A stretch of 64,000 nucleotides of DNA, taken from Dehalococcoidia bacterium. Lineage in GTDB: Bacteria; Chloroflexota; Dehalococcoidia; Bin125. The notes under the pieces are model-generated. The model was not told the origin of the DNA and did no database searches. It worked only from the letters and a program-made list of their open reading frames with translations. Shown one piece after another: positions 26,814-37,000 of the stretch. The stretch spans positions 270,341 through 334,340 of the forward strand of contig JAJDXE010000004.1 of the NCBI GenBank assembly GCA_022825265.1. The letters are read 5' to 3'. Position numbers and translations under genes: made by a program. Position 1 is the first letter of the stretch. Every line of letters begins with the position of its first letter.

Positions 26814-28418
26814 ATGCGCACACTATTCATTTTGGTGCTCGGTACTCTGATCGGCGCAGCGGCCGTGGGCGCTGTCTGGTCCGTAGGACAGCCAGGTGAA
26901 AACGAGCAACTGGAAGTCCGCGCGACTGTTGAGCGCCTTGATGACGGCCGCGTCGAGATCGGTTTGCAGCGCCGCGGAGACGATGGCGAATGGAGCGAGA
27001 CGGAAAAGCCGCAGCATCGCTTTCTCGCTCCCGACGCCAAGAGCGGCGTGGTCAAATTCAGTTCATCGATCGCGTTTGATCTCGTCACGCGAGCAGAGCG
27101 CATCGAGGTCGAGTATCACGCTCAACTGGCCCAGGAAGGCCGCAGAGTAGGTAGCTACTTCGTCCAGCGATTCCACGCGGGCGACGATCCGCAAACGGTC
27201 GCGCCGGTGCTCTGCCTGGTTGATCCCAATCAGGCGGCGTTGCGCACTCTATGCGATGGAATAGCCGAAACGTTCCCAGCCGGCGTCGAAGTGCTCGAGT
27301 CGGACAGCTACAACGCCGTCGCCGACGAAATCGAACGCCGACTGATGGCCGGCGAAGTCTCGCAAATCATGGCGACTTCGAACCGCCTGCTTGAGACGGC
27401 TGTCTTCGCCCGCGACCACATCCTGCTCAACAATCCCGACCTTGGTTGGACCTGGGTCCATTACTGGTTCGAACTGCTCGATCCGCGCCTACCCGCCACG
27501 GACGACCTCTTCTGCATGATTAGCCACGGCGGTCGGGATCTGTTCTGGGGTCAGGCCTCCGACGCGGCAATCACAGCCGCCGCGGCACTCGGGATCAACA
27601 TGCGAGCCGAGTCGTATAGCGATGTCGCAGAACAGGCCGATGCGATTCGTCAGTGCGTCGAAGATGGCGCGGTTTCGATTGCCACGACGTTGGTCTCGCC
27701 GGACGAACTCGCCCCAGCGATTGCCGAAGCCAGAGCGGCAGGGATTCCCGTGATGTCGTTCAACTCCGGCGTCCAAGCCGCCGCTGAGGTCGGCAGCAGC
27801 TTTCACATCGGCCTTGACGATCGCCGAGCGGGAGAAATCGCGGGCGAACAGTTCAACCAGGAAGGCACCCAGGGCACGATTCTCTGTGTCATCCACGAGC
27901 AGAACAACACAGGCCTCCACGAACGCTGCGATGGCCTGGCAGCGACCTATGCCAACGGAGAAGTCGAGACCTGGAGTTATCAGGGCAGAGATGCCGCCGA
28001 TGAAGTGCTCGCACGCGCCGCCGAGGGTGACATCGCTGCCGTGATGGCGCTTTCCGACTCCGTTGGTCTCAGGATCCTGTTCGCCCAATGGCCCGACCCG
28101 GAGGTACCGCTCGCCACGTTCGGATTCAACCTGGGCTTCGCCAAGTGGGTCGAAGAGGGGAAGATCATGTTCGCCATCTACGACCACCCGCTCGTCCAAA
28201 CCTATCTGAGCGTGATGGGGGCCTTGCTGATCGACCGCATGAATCTCGACCCGGTCACGCTCTTCAACGGCATGGCCATGTTGATCGAACCTCAGATTGC
28301 CGACGCTGAACAGATGCGCAGGGTGACCAATCGGCTGATTCCGCAGGAGATTCAAGACCGCTACCTGGAAAGCGCTGAGGAGGACCGAAGCGATGATTCG
28401 AGGGATGACCCAGAGTAG
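26814..28418 (+). CDS. Tandem paralogue of the preceding membrane-anchored PBP-like protein.
   Basis: Same architecture and many colinear blocks (ERLDDGRVEIGLQRRGDDGEW; IATTLVSPDELAPAIAEARAAGIPVMSFNSG; MFAIYDHP). Confidence 0.6.
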   Translation: MRTLFILVLGTLIGAAAVGAVWSVGQPGENEQLEVRATVERLDDGRVEIGLQRRGDDGEWSETEKPQHRFLAPDAKSGVVKFSSSIAFDLVTRAERIEVEYHAQLAQEGRRVGSYFVQRFHAGDDPQTVAPVLCLVDPNQAALRTLCDGIAETFPAGVEVLESDSYNAVADEIERRLMAGEVSQIMATSNRLLETAVFARDHILLNNPDLGWTWVHYWFELLDPRLPATDDLFCMISHGGRDLFWGQASDAAITAAAALGINMRAESYSDVAEQADAIRQCVEDGAVSIATTLVSPDELAPAIAEARAAGIPVMSFNSGVQAAAEVGSSFHIGLDDRRAGEIAGEQFNQEGTQGTILCVIHEQNNTGLHERCDGLAATYANGEVETWSYQGRDAADEVLARAAEGDIAAVMALSDSVGLRILFAQWPDPEVPLATFGFNLGFAKWVEEGKIMFAIYDHPLVQTYLSVMGALLIDRMNLDPVTLFNGMAMLIEPQIADAEQMRRVTNRLIPQEIQDRYLESAEEDRSDDSRDDPE

Positions 28419-28804
28419 GCCGACAACTCCAAGGACGGCGACCACTGTCGGCAGGTACGGCAAAGGTCGCCGTCCGCAGCAAGGCCAGGCGCGCAGCCGC
28501 AGTTGCTCGGTCTTCCCGGACGACATCCCGTTTTCATTCGAGTTTACGAAATGACTTGCGGATAATGGGTCCGCAGGGGTAGCGTCCTAATCGACGGGGA
28601 TGTACCGGGAGTTACTGAATGACCGGCCCGCGTGGCGCGCAGTCCCCTGTTTTCTACAGTGTTCACCCTGGCATTGCGTATCCTGCACAGCACAGGTCTA
28701 TGGTGCGCACGGGAGCAGCTTGGGTGTCCACGTTCGGAGGCACCTTCCCCAATAGTCTGGGCGGTGCGCGCCATGCCCGCGCCGTCCGCGGAGGCCGTTG
28801 AGAG

Positions 28805-30688
28805 ATGACCACCACTTCAACGCAGGCGAACGGATCGGGCAACACCAGCGCTCCGATCCAGGAACGCGACCGAGTTACGGTCCGGTTTGCGGGCGACTCT
28901 GGCGACGGCATGCAGCTCGCCGGCAATCGCTTCGCCGATGCGACCGCGGTCTTCGGCAACGACTTCTCAACGTTGCCGGATTTCCCCGCCGAGATTCGGG
29001 CGCCAGCCGGCTCGCTCGCCGGTGTCTCCAGCTTCCAGATCTCGTTCTCGAAGCACCAGATCTTCACCCCTGGCGACGAGCCGGACACGCTCGTTGCGAT
29101 GAACCCGGCCGCGCTCAAGTCGCACCTCTCGGCGCTGACCAAGGGTGGCCTGCTCGTGGTCAACGAAGACGCCTTCACCTCGGGCAACCTGAAGAAGGCG
29201 AACTATCCCAGCAACCCGTTGAGCGATGGCTCGCTCGATGGGTTCCGAATCATCAAGGCTCCGATCACTACCGCTGCCGTCGCCGCGGTCGACGACCTCG
29301 GCCTCTCCAACCAGAACGCCGAGCGAACCAAGAACTTCTTCGCGCTCGGCCTGGTCTATTGGCTCTACGACCGCGACCTCCAACCCACGCTCGACTGGAT
29401 CGAAGACCGCTTCGGCCGGCTGCCCAATATCGCCGAGGCCAACCGCCGCGCACTCTTCGCGGGACATGCCTATGGAGAGACGACCGAGATCGCCGACGCG
29501 CATGTTCGCGTTCCACCGGCCGTCCTCAACCCGGGTGAGTACCGCACCATCACCGGCAACCAGGCGCTCGTCCTCGGTCTGATCACCGCCGCCCACCTGA
29601 CCGACCTCGAACTGTTCTATGGCTCCTACCCGATCACGCCGGCCTCCGATGTGCTCGTCGAACTCGCGGCTCTGCGCGAGTTCGGCGTGCGCACCTTCCA
29701 GGCCGAGGACGAGATCTCCGCTGTCGGCACCGCGATCGGCGCTGCCTACGGTGGGGCGCTCGGTGTCACCGGCACCTCTGGTCCCGGCATCGCGCTCAAG
29801 AGCGAGGCGATCAACCTGGCAGTGATGACTGAGCTACCCCTCATCGTCCTCGACGTGCAGCGCTCCGGTCCGTCGACCGGTATGCCGACCAAGACCGAAC
29901 AAACCGACCTGCTCCAGGTCATGTTCGGACGCAATGGCGAGTCTCCGCTTTGCGTGCTCGCTGCGAAGTCGCCGGGTGACTGCTTCTACATGGTGCTCGA
30001 GGCAGTCCGCCTCGCCTACCAGTTCGTCACGCCCGTCGTCCTGCTCTCCGACACTTACCTGGCCAACACCGCCGAGCCCTGGCCGGTTCCAGACCTGTCC
30101 CAGCTCAGCCCCATCGATGTCCCCTACCGACGCCTGGTGAACACCTCTCCCGAGGACTACCAGCCGTACGAACGCGACCCCGACACCCTGGCGCGTATGT
30201 TCGTGCCACCGGGACAGCCCGGCCTCCAGCACCGCATCGGCGGCCTGGAGAAGTCCGACATCAGCGGCGATGTTGCCTATTCGCCCGAGAATCACCAGCG
30301 CATGACCGATCTGCGCGCCGAGAAGATCCAGCGAATCGCCAACTTCATTCCCGAGGTCGAAATCGACGGCCCGGAATCCGGTGACCTGCTGGTGCTGAGC
30401 TGGGGTTCGACCTACGGCGCCGTTTTCACCGCCGTCAACGACGCGCGTGAAGCCGGGCACGAGGTCGCTCACGCGCACTTGCAGTACCTGAACCCGTTCC
30501 CGCGCAACCTTGGAGACGTGGTCTCCCGCTACAAGAAGGTGCTGGTCCCTGAGGCCAACACCGGCCAGCTGCGCATGCTGGTCCGCGCCAACTTCCTCGT
30601 CGACGCCAAGGGTTACAACGAGGTCACAGGCCAACCGCTCTCAGCACGATTGCTCACCGAGGCGATCAAGCAGTTGGCCGACGAATAA
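28805..30688 (+). CDS. korA: 2-oxoglutarate (2-oxoacid):ferredoxin oxidoreductase alpha subunit.
   Basis: 627 aa with pyruvate-flavodoxin/ferredoxin oxidoreductase domains. Architecture is like mycobacterial KorA. Confidence 0.8.
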   Translation: MTTTSTQANGSGNTSAPIQERDRVTVRFAGDSGDGMQLAGNRFADATAVFGNDFSTLPDFPAEIRAPAGSLAGVSSFQISFSKHQIFTPGDEPDTLVAMNPAALKSHLSALTKGGLLVVNEDAFTSGNLKKANYPSNPLSDGSLDGFRIIKAPITTAAVAAVDDLGLSNQNAERTKNFFALGLVYWLYDRDLQPTLDWIEDRFGRLPNIAEANRRALFAGHAYGETTEIADAHVRVPPAVLNPGEYRTITGNQALVLGLITAAHLTDLELFYGSYPITPASDVLVELAALREFGVRTFQAEDEISAVGTAIGAAYGGALGVTGTSGPGIALKSEAINLAVMTELPLIVLDVQRSGPSTGMPTKTEQTDLLQVMFGRNGESPLCVLAAKSPGDCFYMVLEAVRLAYQFVTPVVLLSDTYLANTAEPWPVPDLSQLSPIDVPYRRLVNTSPEDYQPYERDPDTLARMFVPPGQPGLQHRIGGLEKSDISGDVAYSPENHQRMTDLRAEKIQRIANFIPEVEIDGPESGDLLVLSWGSTYGAVFTAVNDAREAGHEVAHAHLQYLNPFPRNLGDVVSRYKKVLVPEANTGQLRMLVRANFLVDAKGYNEVTGQPLSARLLTEAIKQLADE

Positions 30689-30737
30689 CTCCGACGATCA
30701 CGTAGGATCGAGAGCAGAGAACCACAGGAGGCACGAG

Positions 30738-31790
30738 ATGGTACTCCAGACGCCGCCGCTTGAACCTGTCGAGTCCATCATCCCGCTCGCGGATGAAGAC
30801 CTGACTCGCAAGGACTACGCCTCCGACGTCGACACGCGCTGGTGCCCCGGCTGCGGCGACTATTCGATCCTCGCGCAGATGCAGCGAGGACTCTCCAACC
30901 TCAACGTCGCGCCCGAGAAGATGGTCTTCGTCTCCGGGATTGGCTGCTCCTCGCGCTTCCCCTACTACATGAACACGTACGGGATGCATTCGATTCACGG
31001 CCGAGCACCGACGATCGCCTCCGGCCTCAAGCTCTCACGTCCCGACCTGATGGTCTTCGTGATCACTGGCGACGGCGACGCGCTCTCAATCGGCGGCAAT
31101 CACCTGCTGCACGTCCTGCGCCGCAACGTCGACGTGAAGATCTTCCTCTTCAACAACCGCATCTACGGACTGACCAAGGGTCAGTACTCGCCGACCTCCG
31201 AGCTGGGCAAGGTGACCAAGTCGTCGCCCGTCGGCACGACCGAGCGCCCACTCAACCCGCTGTCGGTGGCGCTCGCATCCGAGGCGACCTTCGTCGCGCG
31301 CAGCTTCGACACCGACCCGCAGCACCTGACTGCGACGATTGAGCGAGCCGCCCGGCACCATGGCGCCGCGTTCGTCGAGATCCTGCAGAACTGCAACATC
31401 TTCAACGACCGCGCGTTCGCCGACTACACCGATCGCAACGTCCGCGACGAGCGCCTGCTCTACCTCGAACACGGCCAGCCGATGCTCTTCGGCGAGAACA
31501 AGAACAAGGGACTTGCAGTCTCCGCAACCGGCCTGCGAGTGGTTGACGCCGGCGGCCCCGACGCCGGCCTGATCCTGACGCACGACGCCACGCGGCCGGC
31601 GCCCGACGTGCATCAACTCCTCGCCCGCTGCGCCTACCCCGAAATGCCCGTCCCCATGGGAGTCATCCGCCAGGTCACCACACCGACCTACGGCGACTAC
31701 CTCGACAGCCAGATCGAGGTGCAGAAGTTCAAGAACCGCCACGACGTCACCCAACTCCTCCGAGGCCGCTCCACCTGGCAGGTGGAGTAG
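30738..31790 (+). CDS. korB: 2-oxoglutarate:ferredoxin oxidoreductase beta subunit (TPP-binding).
   Basis: Begins MVLQTPPLEP...WCPGCGDYSIL...GIGCSSRFPYY...GDGD, the TPP motif. An AGGAGG RBS lies upstream of the ATG at 30738. The ORF-track extension from 30510 is rejected. Confidence 0.8.
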   Translation: MVLQTPPLEPVESIIPLADEDLTRKDYASDVDTRWCPGCGDYSILAQMQRGLSNLNVAPEKMVFVSGIGCSSRFPYYMNTYGMHSIHGRAPTIASGLKLSRPDLMVFVITGDGDALSIGGNHLLHVLRRNVDVKIFLFNNRIYGLTKGQYSPTSELGKVTKSSPVGTTERPLNPLSVALASEATFVARSFDTDPQHLTATIERAARHHGAAFVEILQNCNIFNDRAFADYTDRNVRDERLLYLEHGQPMLFGENKNKGLAVSATGLRVVDAGGPDAGLILTHDATRPAPDVHQLLARCAYPEMPVPMGVIRQVTTPTYGDYLDSQIEVQKFKNRHDVTQLLRGRSTWQVE

Positions 31791-31827
31791 CACTCGACAC
31801 TCGCCAGTTCGAGAGATGTAGAGAGGC

Positions 31828-31857
31828 CGCCCAAACGGGCGGCCTCTTTCGTTCAGA
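31828..31857. terminator. Bidirectional Rho-independent terminator between convergent korB and the SDR gene.
   Basis: Sequence gaggccgcccaaacgggcggcctcTTTcgtt forms a GC-rich stem-loop followed by a T-tract. Confidence 0.6.
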
Positions 31858-31871
31858 TGGGCAGCTATCGC

Positions 31872-32648
31872 CTAGCGACCGCGGTTGCCGCCTCCGTCGA
31901 TGGTGTGCATGGCTCCGTTGATGTATCGGGAGTCGTCGGAGCAGAGCCAGGTGACCAGTGAGGCGACCTCTTCGGGTTCTCCGTAGCGACCGAGTGGGTT
32001 TGCAGAGGCGAACATCTCGTGGACGCCCTCCGGGTTGTCGGGGTCGAACTGGCGCTCGAGGCTGCGCATCATCCTGGTCTCGATCGGGCCGGGGCAGACG
32101 GCGTTGACCCGGACTGCGGGGGCGAGTTCCTGCGAGGCCGACTTGGTCATCCCGACGACTGCGTGCTTTGAGGCGCCGTAGGCGATGATCCCCGGCGTTG
32201 GCGCGAGGCCGGCGATTGAGGCGGTGTTGACGATAGCGCCGCCGCCCGACTCAACCATCGCCGGCGCAACGTGCTTCATGCCCAGCCAGACGCCCTTGAG
32301 ATTGACCGCGATCACTCGATCGAAGTCGGCCTCGTCGAGGTCGGTCAGGGCTGAACGGACGCCCTCGATGCCGGCGTTGTTGAAGAAGGCGTCGACTCGG
32401 CCGTAGGCCGACATGGCTTCGGAGACGTAGCGGGCGACGTCGGCTTCCTGGGTGACATCGGCTTCGACCGTGATGCATTCGCCGCCGGCGTTGGCGATCG
32501 CTGCGACGGTCTCGTCGAGGTCAGAGCCGGCCAGGTCGACCGCGACTACTTTGGCTCCGTCCTGGGCGAAGCGGACGCAGGCTGCTCGTCCGATGCCTCC
32601 CGCTGCTCCGGTCACGATTGCCACCATGCCTTCGAATCGATCGCTCAT
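31872..32648 (-). CDS. SDR-family oxidoreductase.
   Basis: Has a TGAAGGIG motif and a YGASKHA catalytic region. Confidence 0.85.
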   Translation of the reverse strand: MSDRFEGMVAIVTGAAGGIGRAACVRFAQDGAKVVAVDLAGSDLDETVAAIANAGGECITVEADVTQEADVARYVSEAMSAYGRVDAFFNNAGIEGVRSALTDLDEADFDRVIAVNLKGVWLGMKHVAPAMVESGGGAIVNTASIAGLAPTPGIIAYGASKHAVVGMTKSASQELAPAVRVNAVCPGPIETRMMRSLERQFDPDNPEGVHEMFASANPLGRYGEPEEVASLVTWLCSDDSRYINGAMHTIDGGGNRGR

Positions 32649-32716
32649 CGTCTGCCGTCCTCTCAGTCGAGTTGTTGTTCAGGTTCCTGCGGAGGATAGA
32701 GCGTCCGCCGGCGCGT

Positions 32717-33592
32717 TCAGAAGATGGGGGTGCGCCAGTTTGGGGCGGCCCAGGCGAGGGCGAGGAAGACGCAGAGGACTCCGAGGCCGAGGACCAGGAC
32801 CTCGGGCAGCGGTCGGAGGATCTTGATTTTGGTTGCGGTCTGGATAAAGCCGGTCCAGTTGGGGAAGGTCCAGAGGATGACGGCGGCGATTGCGCCGACG
32901 ATCATGCCGCCGAGGTGGCCGCCGATGCTGATGTTGGGCCAGAGGAAGGAGATGACGATGTTGAGGACGAGGAAGGCGAGGATGCCGGAGTCTCGCCAAC
33001 GGACTCCGGAGGCTCGCTCGGCGATGACGACGGCGCCGGCGAGGCCGAAGACGGCTCCCGAGGCTCCGGCGGTGAAGCCGTTGGGCTCGACCAGTAGCGC
33101 GCCGAGCGCTCCGCCGGTGAGGGAGACTCCGTAGAGCAGCAGCATCCGCCACCAGCCGATGGCGGGCTCGAGCATTCGGCCGAGGAGGACGAGGATGAAG
33201 ACGTTCATGCCCATGTGGAGCAGGCCGTAGTGGAGGAAGGCTGAGGTGACGAGCCGCCACCACTCGCCGTTGTCGACGAAGCGGCCGTGCAGGGCGTAGT
33301 CGTAGTGGATCTCGGTCAGGCCGCCGCCCCAGAAGGCAAGGGAGCCGGTGTAGAGGGCGACGAAGATCCAGATCAGCGCGTTGGCGGCGGCCAGGCCCTG
33401 GGTCACCCGGATCGGCGAGGCGGTCGACCACTGGCGGGTCCGTTTGCGACCTTCGGCGACGCATTCGGGGCACTGGAAGCCGACCGCTGCCGTGATCATG
33501 CATTCGGTGCAGATCGGTCGTGAGCAGCGCTGGCAGAGGACGCCGGCCCAGGTGTCGGAGTGCCGGTAGCAGGAGGCGTCGCGCGAGCTCAT
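32717..33592 (-). CDS. Rhomboid-family intramembrane serine protease with N-terminal Cys-rich zinc ribbon.
   Basis: Contains GASGAVFGL (catalytic Ser) and GGHLGG (catalytic His), several TM segments, and N-terminal CxxC...CxxC. Confidence 0.8.
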   Translation of the reverse strand: MSSRDASCYRHSDTWAGVLCQRCSRPICTECMITAAVGFQCPECVAEGRKRTRQWSTASPIRVTQGLAAANALIWIFVALYTGSLAFWGGGLTEIHYDYALHGRFVDNGEWWRLVTSAFLHYGLLHMGMNVFILVLLGRMLEPAIGWWRMLLLYGVSLTGGALGALLVEPNGFTAGASGAVFGLAGAVVIAERASGVRWRDSGILAFLVLNIVISFLWPNISIGGHLGGMIVGAIAAVILWTFPNWTGFIQTATKIKILRPLPEVLVLGLGVLCVFLALAWAAPNWRTPIF

Positions 33593-33610
33593 AGCCTCAG
33601 TGTATGAGGG

Positions 33611-33926
33611 GGTGGTCGGTGGTTAGGGAGGAATTTTTTTCTGAGGCCGCTGTGAGAAAAAGAATCGCGATCTCCAGTGTTTTACGGGAGATCGTGAGCG
33701 TCTGGGTGGTCGGAAGTGGTTGGGGTTGGAAGGTGTTGGAAAGCGGGGGTGTCCAGTTGAGCCTTGCTCGGCTTTGCTGGGCGTGTGGCGAGTGGCTGAA
33801 TGGTCGGTGGTCGGGCCGGAAATTTTTTCCTGAGCGCGCCGAGGAAAAAAGAGGCACGATCTCCTGTGTTTTGCAGGGAATCTTGGAGAGCGAGGTGGTC
33901 GGAAGTGGTTTGGAAGGTGTTGGAAC
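33611..33926. repeat. Two tandem direct repeats of about 130 bp separated by about 60 bp, each carrying an A/U-rich hairpin. Possibly a duplicated sRNA or integration-site remnant.
   Basis: Unit 1 runs about 33611-33741 and unit 2 about 33801-33926, with long colinear identity. The hairpin is tttttct...agaaaaa in one copy and tttttcct...aggaaaaa in the other, a compensatory change. Local GC is lower than the genome. Confidence 0.6.
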
Positions 33927-34026
33927 GTTGGCGGTCACTGCGGATTGCTTCTCTTCTGCCTGTCGAACCTGTGTGCGTTATTCTATCGTGATGGGCGATG
34001 GGCTGGGGGAGTCGTAGGATTCAGCT

Positions 34027-37000
34027 ATGCCAACTCCGGAGCTATGCGGCAAATTCGCTCAATACATCCTCGATCGGCACAATCAGGCCGCCGCCGAGGC
34101 AGACATCCGAGCGGCGGCGCGCGACTTTCTGATCGAAACAGGACTCGCCGATCGCGAAGAGATCGACATGGAACAGTCACCGGCGAGCGGTTGGTCGGGA
34201 CGGGTCGACCTGCGGACGCGTGACGTCATTGTCGAGTTCAAGGTGAGAATCGGCGATCGGATCAACCCGGACGAGAAGCACGTCAACCAGCTCGACGACT
34301 ATCTCAAGGCGGCAGTGGAAGGCGGACGACCACAGCGATTCGGGATCCTGACCGACGGCAAGTACTGGGTTCTGAGATGGCCGGGGATGGGGCTGGTGCG
34401 GACGCAGGCGCCGCACGCCTTCACGCTGAACAGTGCTGACCAGGGCCTGCTGCTGTACGAGTGGCTGCGCGACCAATCGCAGGCGCTGGAAGAGCGTGGC
34501 GTGCCGCCAACGGAGGACGAAGTCAAGAAGCGACTGGGCGAGGGCCCGCGATTCGAGCAGCACATTGCTGCGCTCAACGACCTCTACCAGGCCAAGCGAG
34601 ATGATCCGACGATTGCTCTCAAGCGCGATCTCTGGCGGAGCCTGCTGGCTGCCGCGCTGGGTCAGGTGGTGGAGGAGGAACCGGACCTTGACGAGCTCTT
34701 TGTGCGACATACCTATCTCTCGGTCGTGGTCGGACTGGCGGTGCAGGCGGCGTTCGGGATTGAAATCGAAGGGGCGGCTAACAGCGATCCCGTCGCGCTG
34801 CTGGGCGGTCAATTGTTCGTCGACCAGACCGGCGTCAGCGGCGTGGTCGAGTCGGACTTCTTTACCTGGCCTGCGGAAATCGGCGGGGACGAGTGGATCC
34901 GCGACCTGGCGCAGCGGATTGGCTGGTTCGACTGGAACGAGGCGGAGTCGGACATTGCGCGGATTCTGTACGAATCGGTGATTCCCGCCGACGACCGGCG
35001 ACGGCTGGGCGAGTACTACACGCCCGACTGGCTGGCGCGGGAGATTGTCGACGCGGTGGTGACCGACCCGCTGAATCAGCGGGTGCTCGATCCGGCCTGC
35101 GGATCGGGATCGTTCATCTTCGCGGCGGTGCGCAAGTACCTGAGCGCGGCCCAGGCCGACGGGCGGAGCTCGGCGCAGGCGGTGGACGGACTGCTGGATC
35201 ACGTGATCGGGATCGACGTGCATCCGGTCGCGGTGCATCTCGCCCGGGCGACCTGGACGCTGGCCGCCCGCGACGCGCTGGAAGGCGCGGTCGCCGAAGG
35301 CCAGTCGGTCAACGCGACGGTGCCTGTCTACCTGGGCGACTCGCTGCAATTGCGGGCCGAGACCTCGGGCATGTTCGCCCAGCAGACGGTGACGATTCCC
35401 GTGCCCGACCCGCCCGACTCAGACCTCGAGTTCAACCGAGAGCTGGAGTTTCCCCGAGCCCTGGTCGAGCAAGCCGACTGGTTCGACAACCTCATGACGC
35501 GAATGGCCAACGCGATCGAGAACGGTGAGGACCCGGCCTGGGCGCTGGACGACGAAGCGATCGGCAGCGGGCCGGAGCGGGAGATGCTGGAGAAGACCGC
35601 CGCCCTGCTGCAGCAACTCCACGAAGAAGGCCGCGACCACATCTGGGCGTACTACACGCGGAACCTAGTACGTCCGGTGGCGCTGCGGGCGGATCCGGTG
35701 GATGTGATCGTCGGAAATCCGCCGTGGATCACGTACAACAAGACGCAGGCGGTGATTCGTGAGGAGTTGGAGCGGCAGAGCAAGCAGCGATACGAAATCT
35801 GGGCGGGTGGTCGCTACGCGACGCACCAGGACATCGCGGGCATGTTCTACGCGCGCTGCGTGGAGCTGTACCTCAAGCAAGGCGGCATGGCGGCGATGGT
35901 GCTACCGCACAGCGCCTTGCAGACCGGACAGTACACGAAGTGGCGAACAGGTCAGTGGGGCGTGCTATCGGTTGACCTGGGCGTGCGCCCGCCGTGGGAC
36001 CTCGAACAGGTCGAACCGAACAGCTTCTTCCCCGTCCCATCTTGCGTGGCGTTTCTGCTGCGCAGGGAACCGAGCGGTAAGCCGCTCGCAAGTCAGGCGG
36101 AGCGGTGGTTGGGGGGTGCCGGAGGGCCGTTCTCGCGTGAGCGAGTTCGCCTATTCGACACATCCGGCGACTTTGCATCGCCATATGGGGGACGTGCCAG
36201 GCAAGGTGCAACAATCGTGCCTCGTGTTCTCTTTTTCGTCAACGAACAGTCTTCAATGGCCGCCGTCCAAGCGGCCAACACCGTGACCGTCTCTCCTCGG
36301 CGAAGCAGACAAGAAAAAGCACCCTGGAAACACCTTCAGCTACCAGAGCTGAAGGGTCAGACGATTGAAGCTGGGCACGTCTTCGACGTTCACCTCGGTG
36401 AGACCCTTGCCCCGCATGTGTTGTTGACGCCCCTAAGGGCAGCCTTGCCTCTTGCGAAGTCAACAAGAGTGTTGGCCAAGGCGGAGGATGGTTGGTTTGG
36501 AGTGGATCCGTTATCACTCGACGAGCGAATGCGTCGTCGCTGGAGACGAATCAGTGGTATCTGGGATAAGCAGAAGGGTGTGAACAACAAGCTAAGCCTG
36601 CTTGAAAGATTGGATTACGTCGGCAATCTCACTAACCAGAGAACGCTTGTCTCGCTAGGCACGAGGATCGCCTACACGAAGTCCGGCCGTCCGACGGCAG
36701 CTGTTGTCGATGATGATGCAGCCGTCATCGATCACACGGCCTATTGGGTTCAAGTCGGTTCGGAGACCGAAGCACATTATATTTCCGCAGTCATCAATAG
36801 CGACACTCTGGAAGCTGCGGTCGCACCGCTCATGTCGAAGGGTCAGTTCGGCGCGCGCGACATGCATAAGCACCTCTGGCGACTGCCTATCCCCGAGTAC
36901 GACGACACCGACCCGCTCCACGTCGAACTGGCTGAGGCCGGTGAGGCGGCGGCGATTGGCGCGAAGGCGCTCTGGGATGGGGTTCGGGTTGAGCGCGAGG

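Noticed and set aside
28428-28470. The 11-bp perfect inverted repeat ggacggcgacc…ggtcgccgtcc after the second PBP-like gene was considered as a terminator.
   Set aside because: It has a 21-nt loop and no downstream T-tract. It is possibly a protein-binding palindrome or weak terminator. Evidence is insufficient to list it as a feature.
28544-28774. 76-aa minus-strand ORF in the korA upstream region; also small ORFs at 13852-14037 and 16607-16822.
   Set aside because: They have no RBS or homology, lie in promoter or leader regions or inside other genes, and their composition is typical of random GC-rich ORFs.
30510-30737. N-terminal extension of korB in the ORF track, and similarly 4253-4387 for the LLM gene, 5680-5796 for the MBL gene, 48558-48701 for the pentapeptide protein, 22891-22968 for VOC and 51973-52038 for the CoA-transferase.
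   Set aside because: The extensions overlap upstream genes or repeat elements and are Arg/Pro-rich. Internal Met codons with Shine-Dalgarno sequences and family-typical N-termini were preferred.
33597-34017. ORFs 33597-33938 (-) and 33604-34017 (+) spanning the 130-bp tandem repeat.
   Set aside because: The translated products contain internally repeated peptides solely because the DNA is a direct repeat. They have no RBS and atypical composition. They are treated as a non-coding repeat or candidate sRNA instead.
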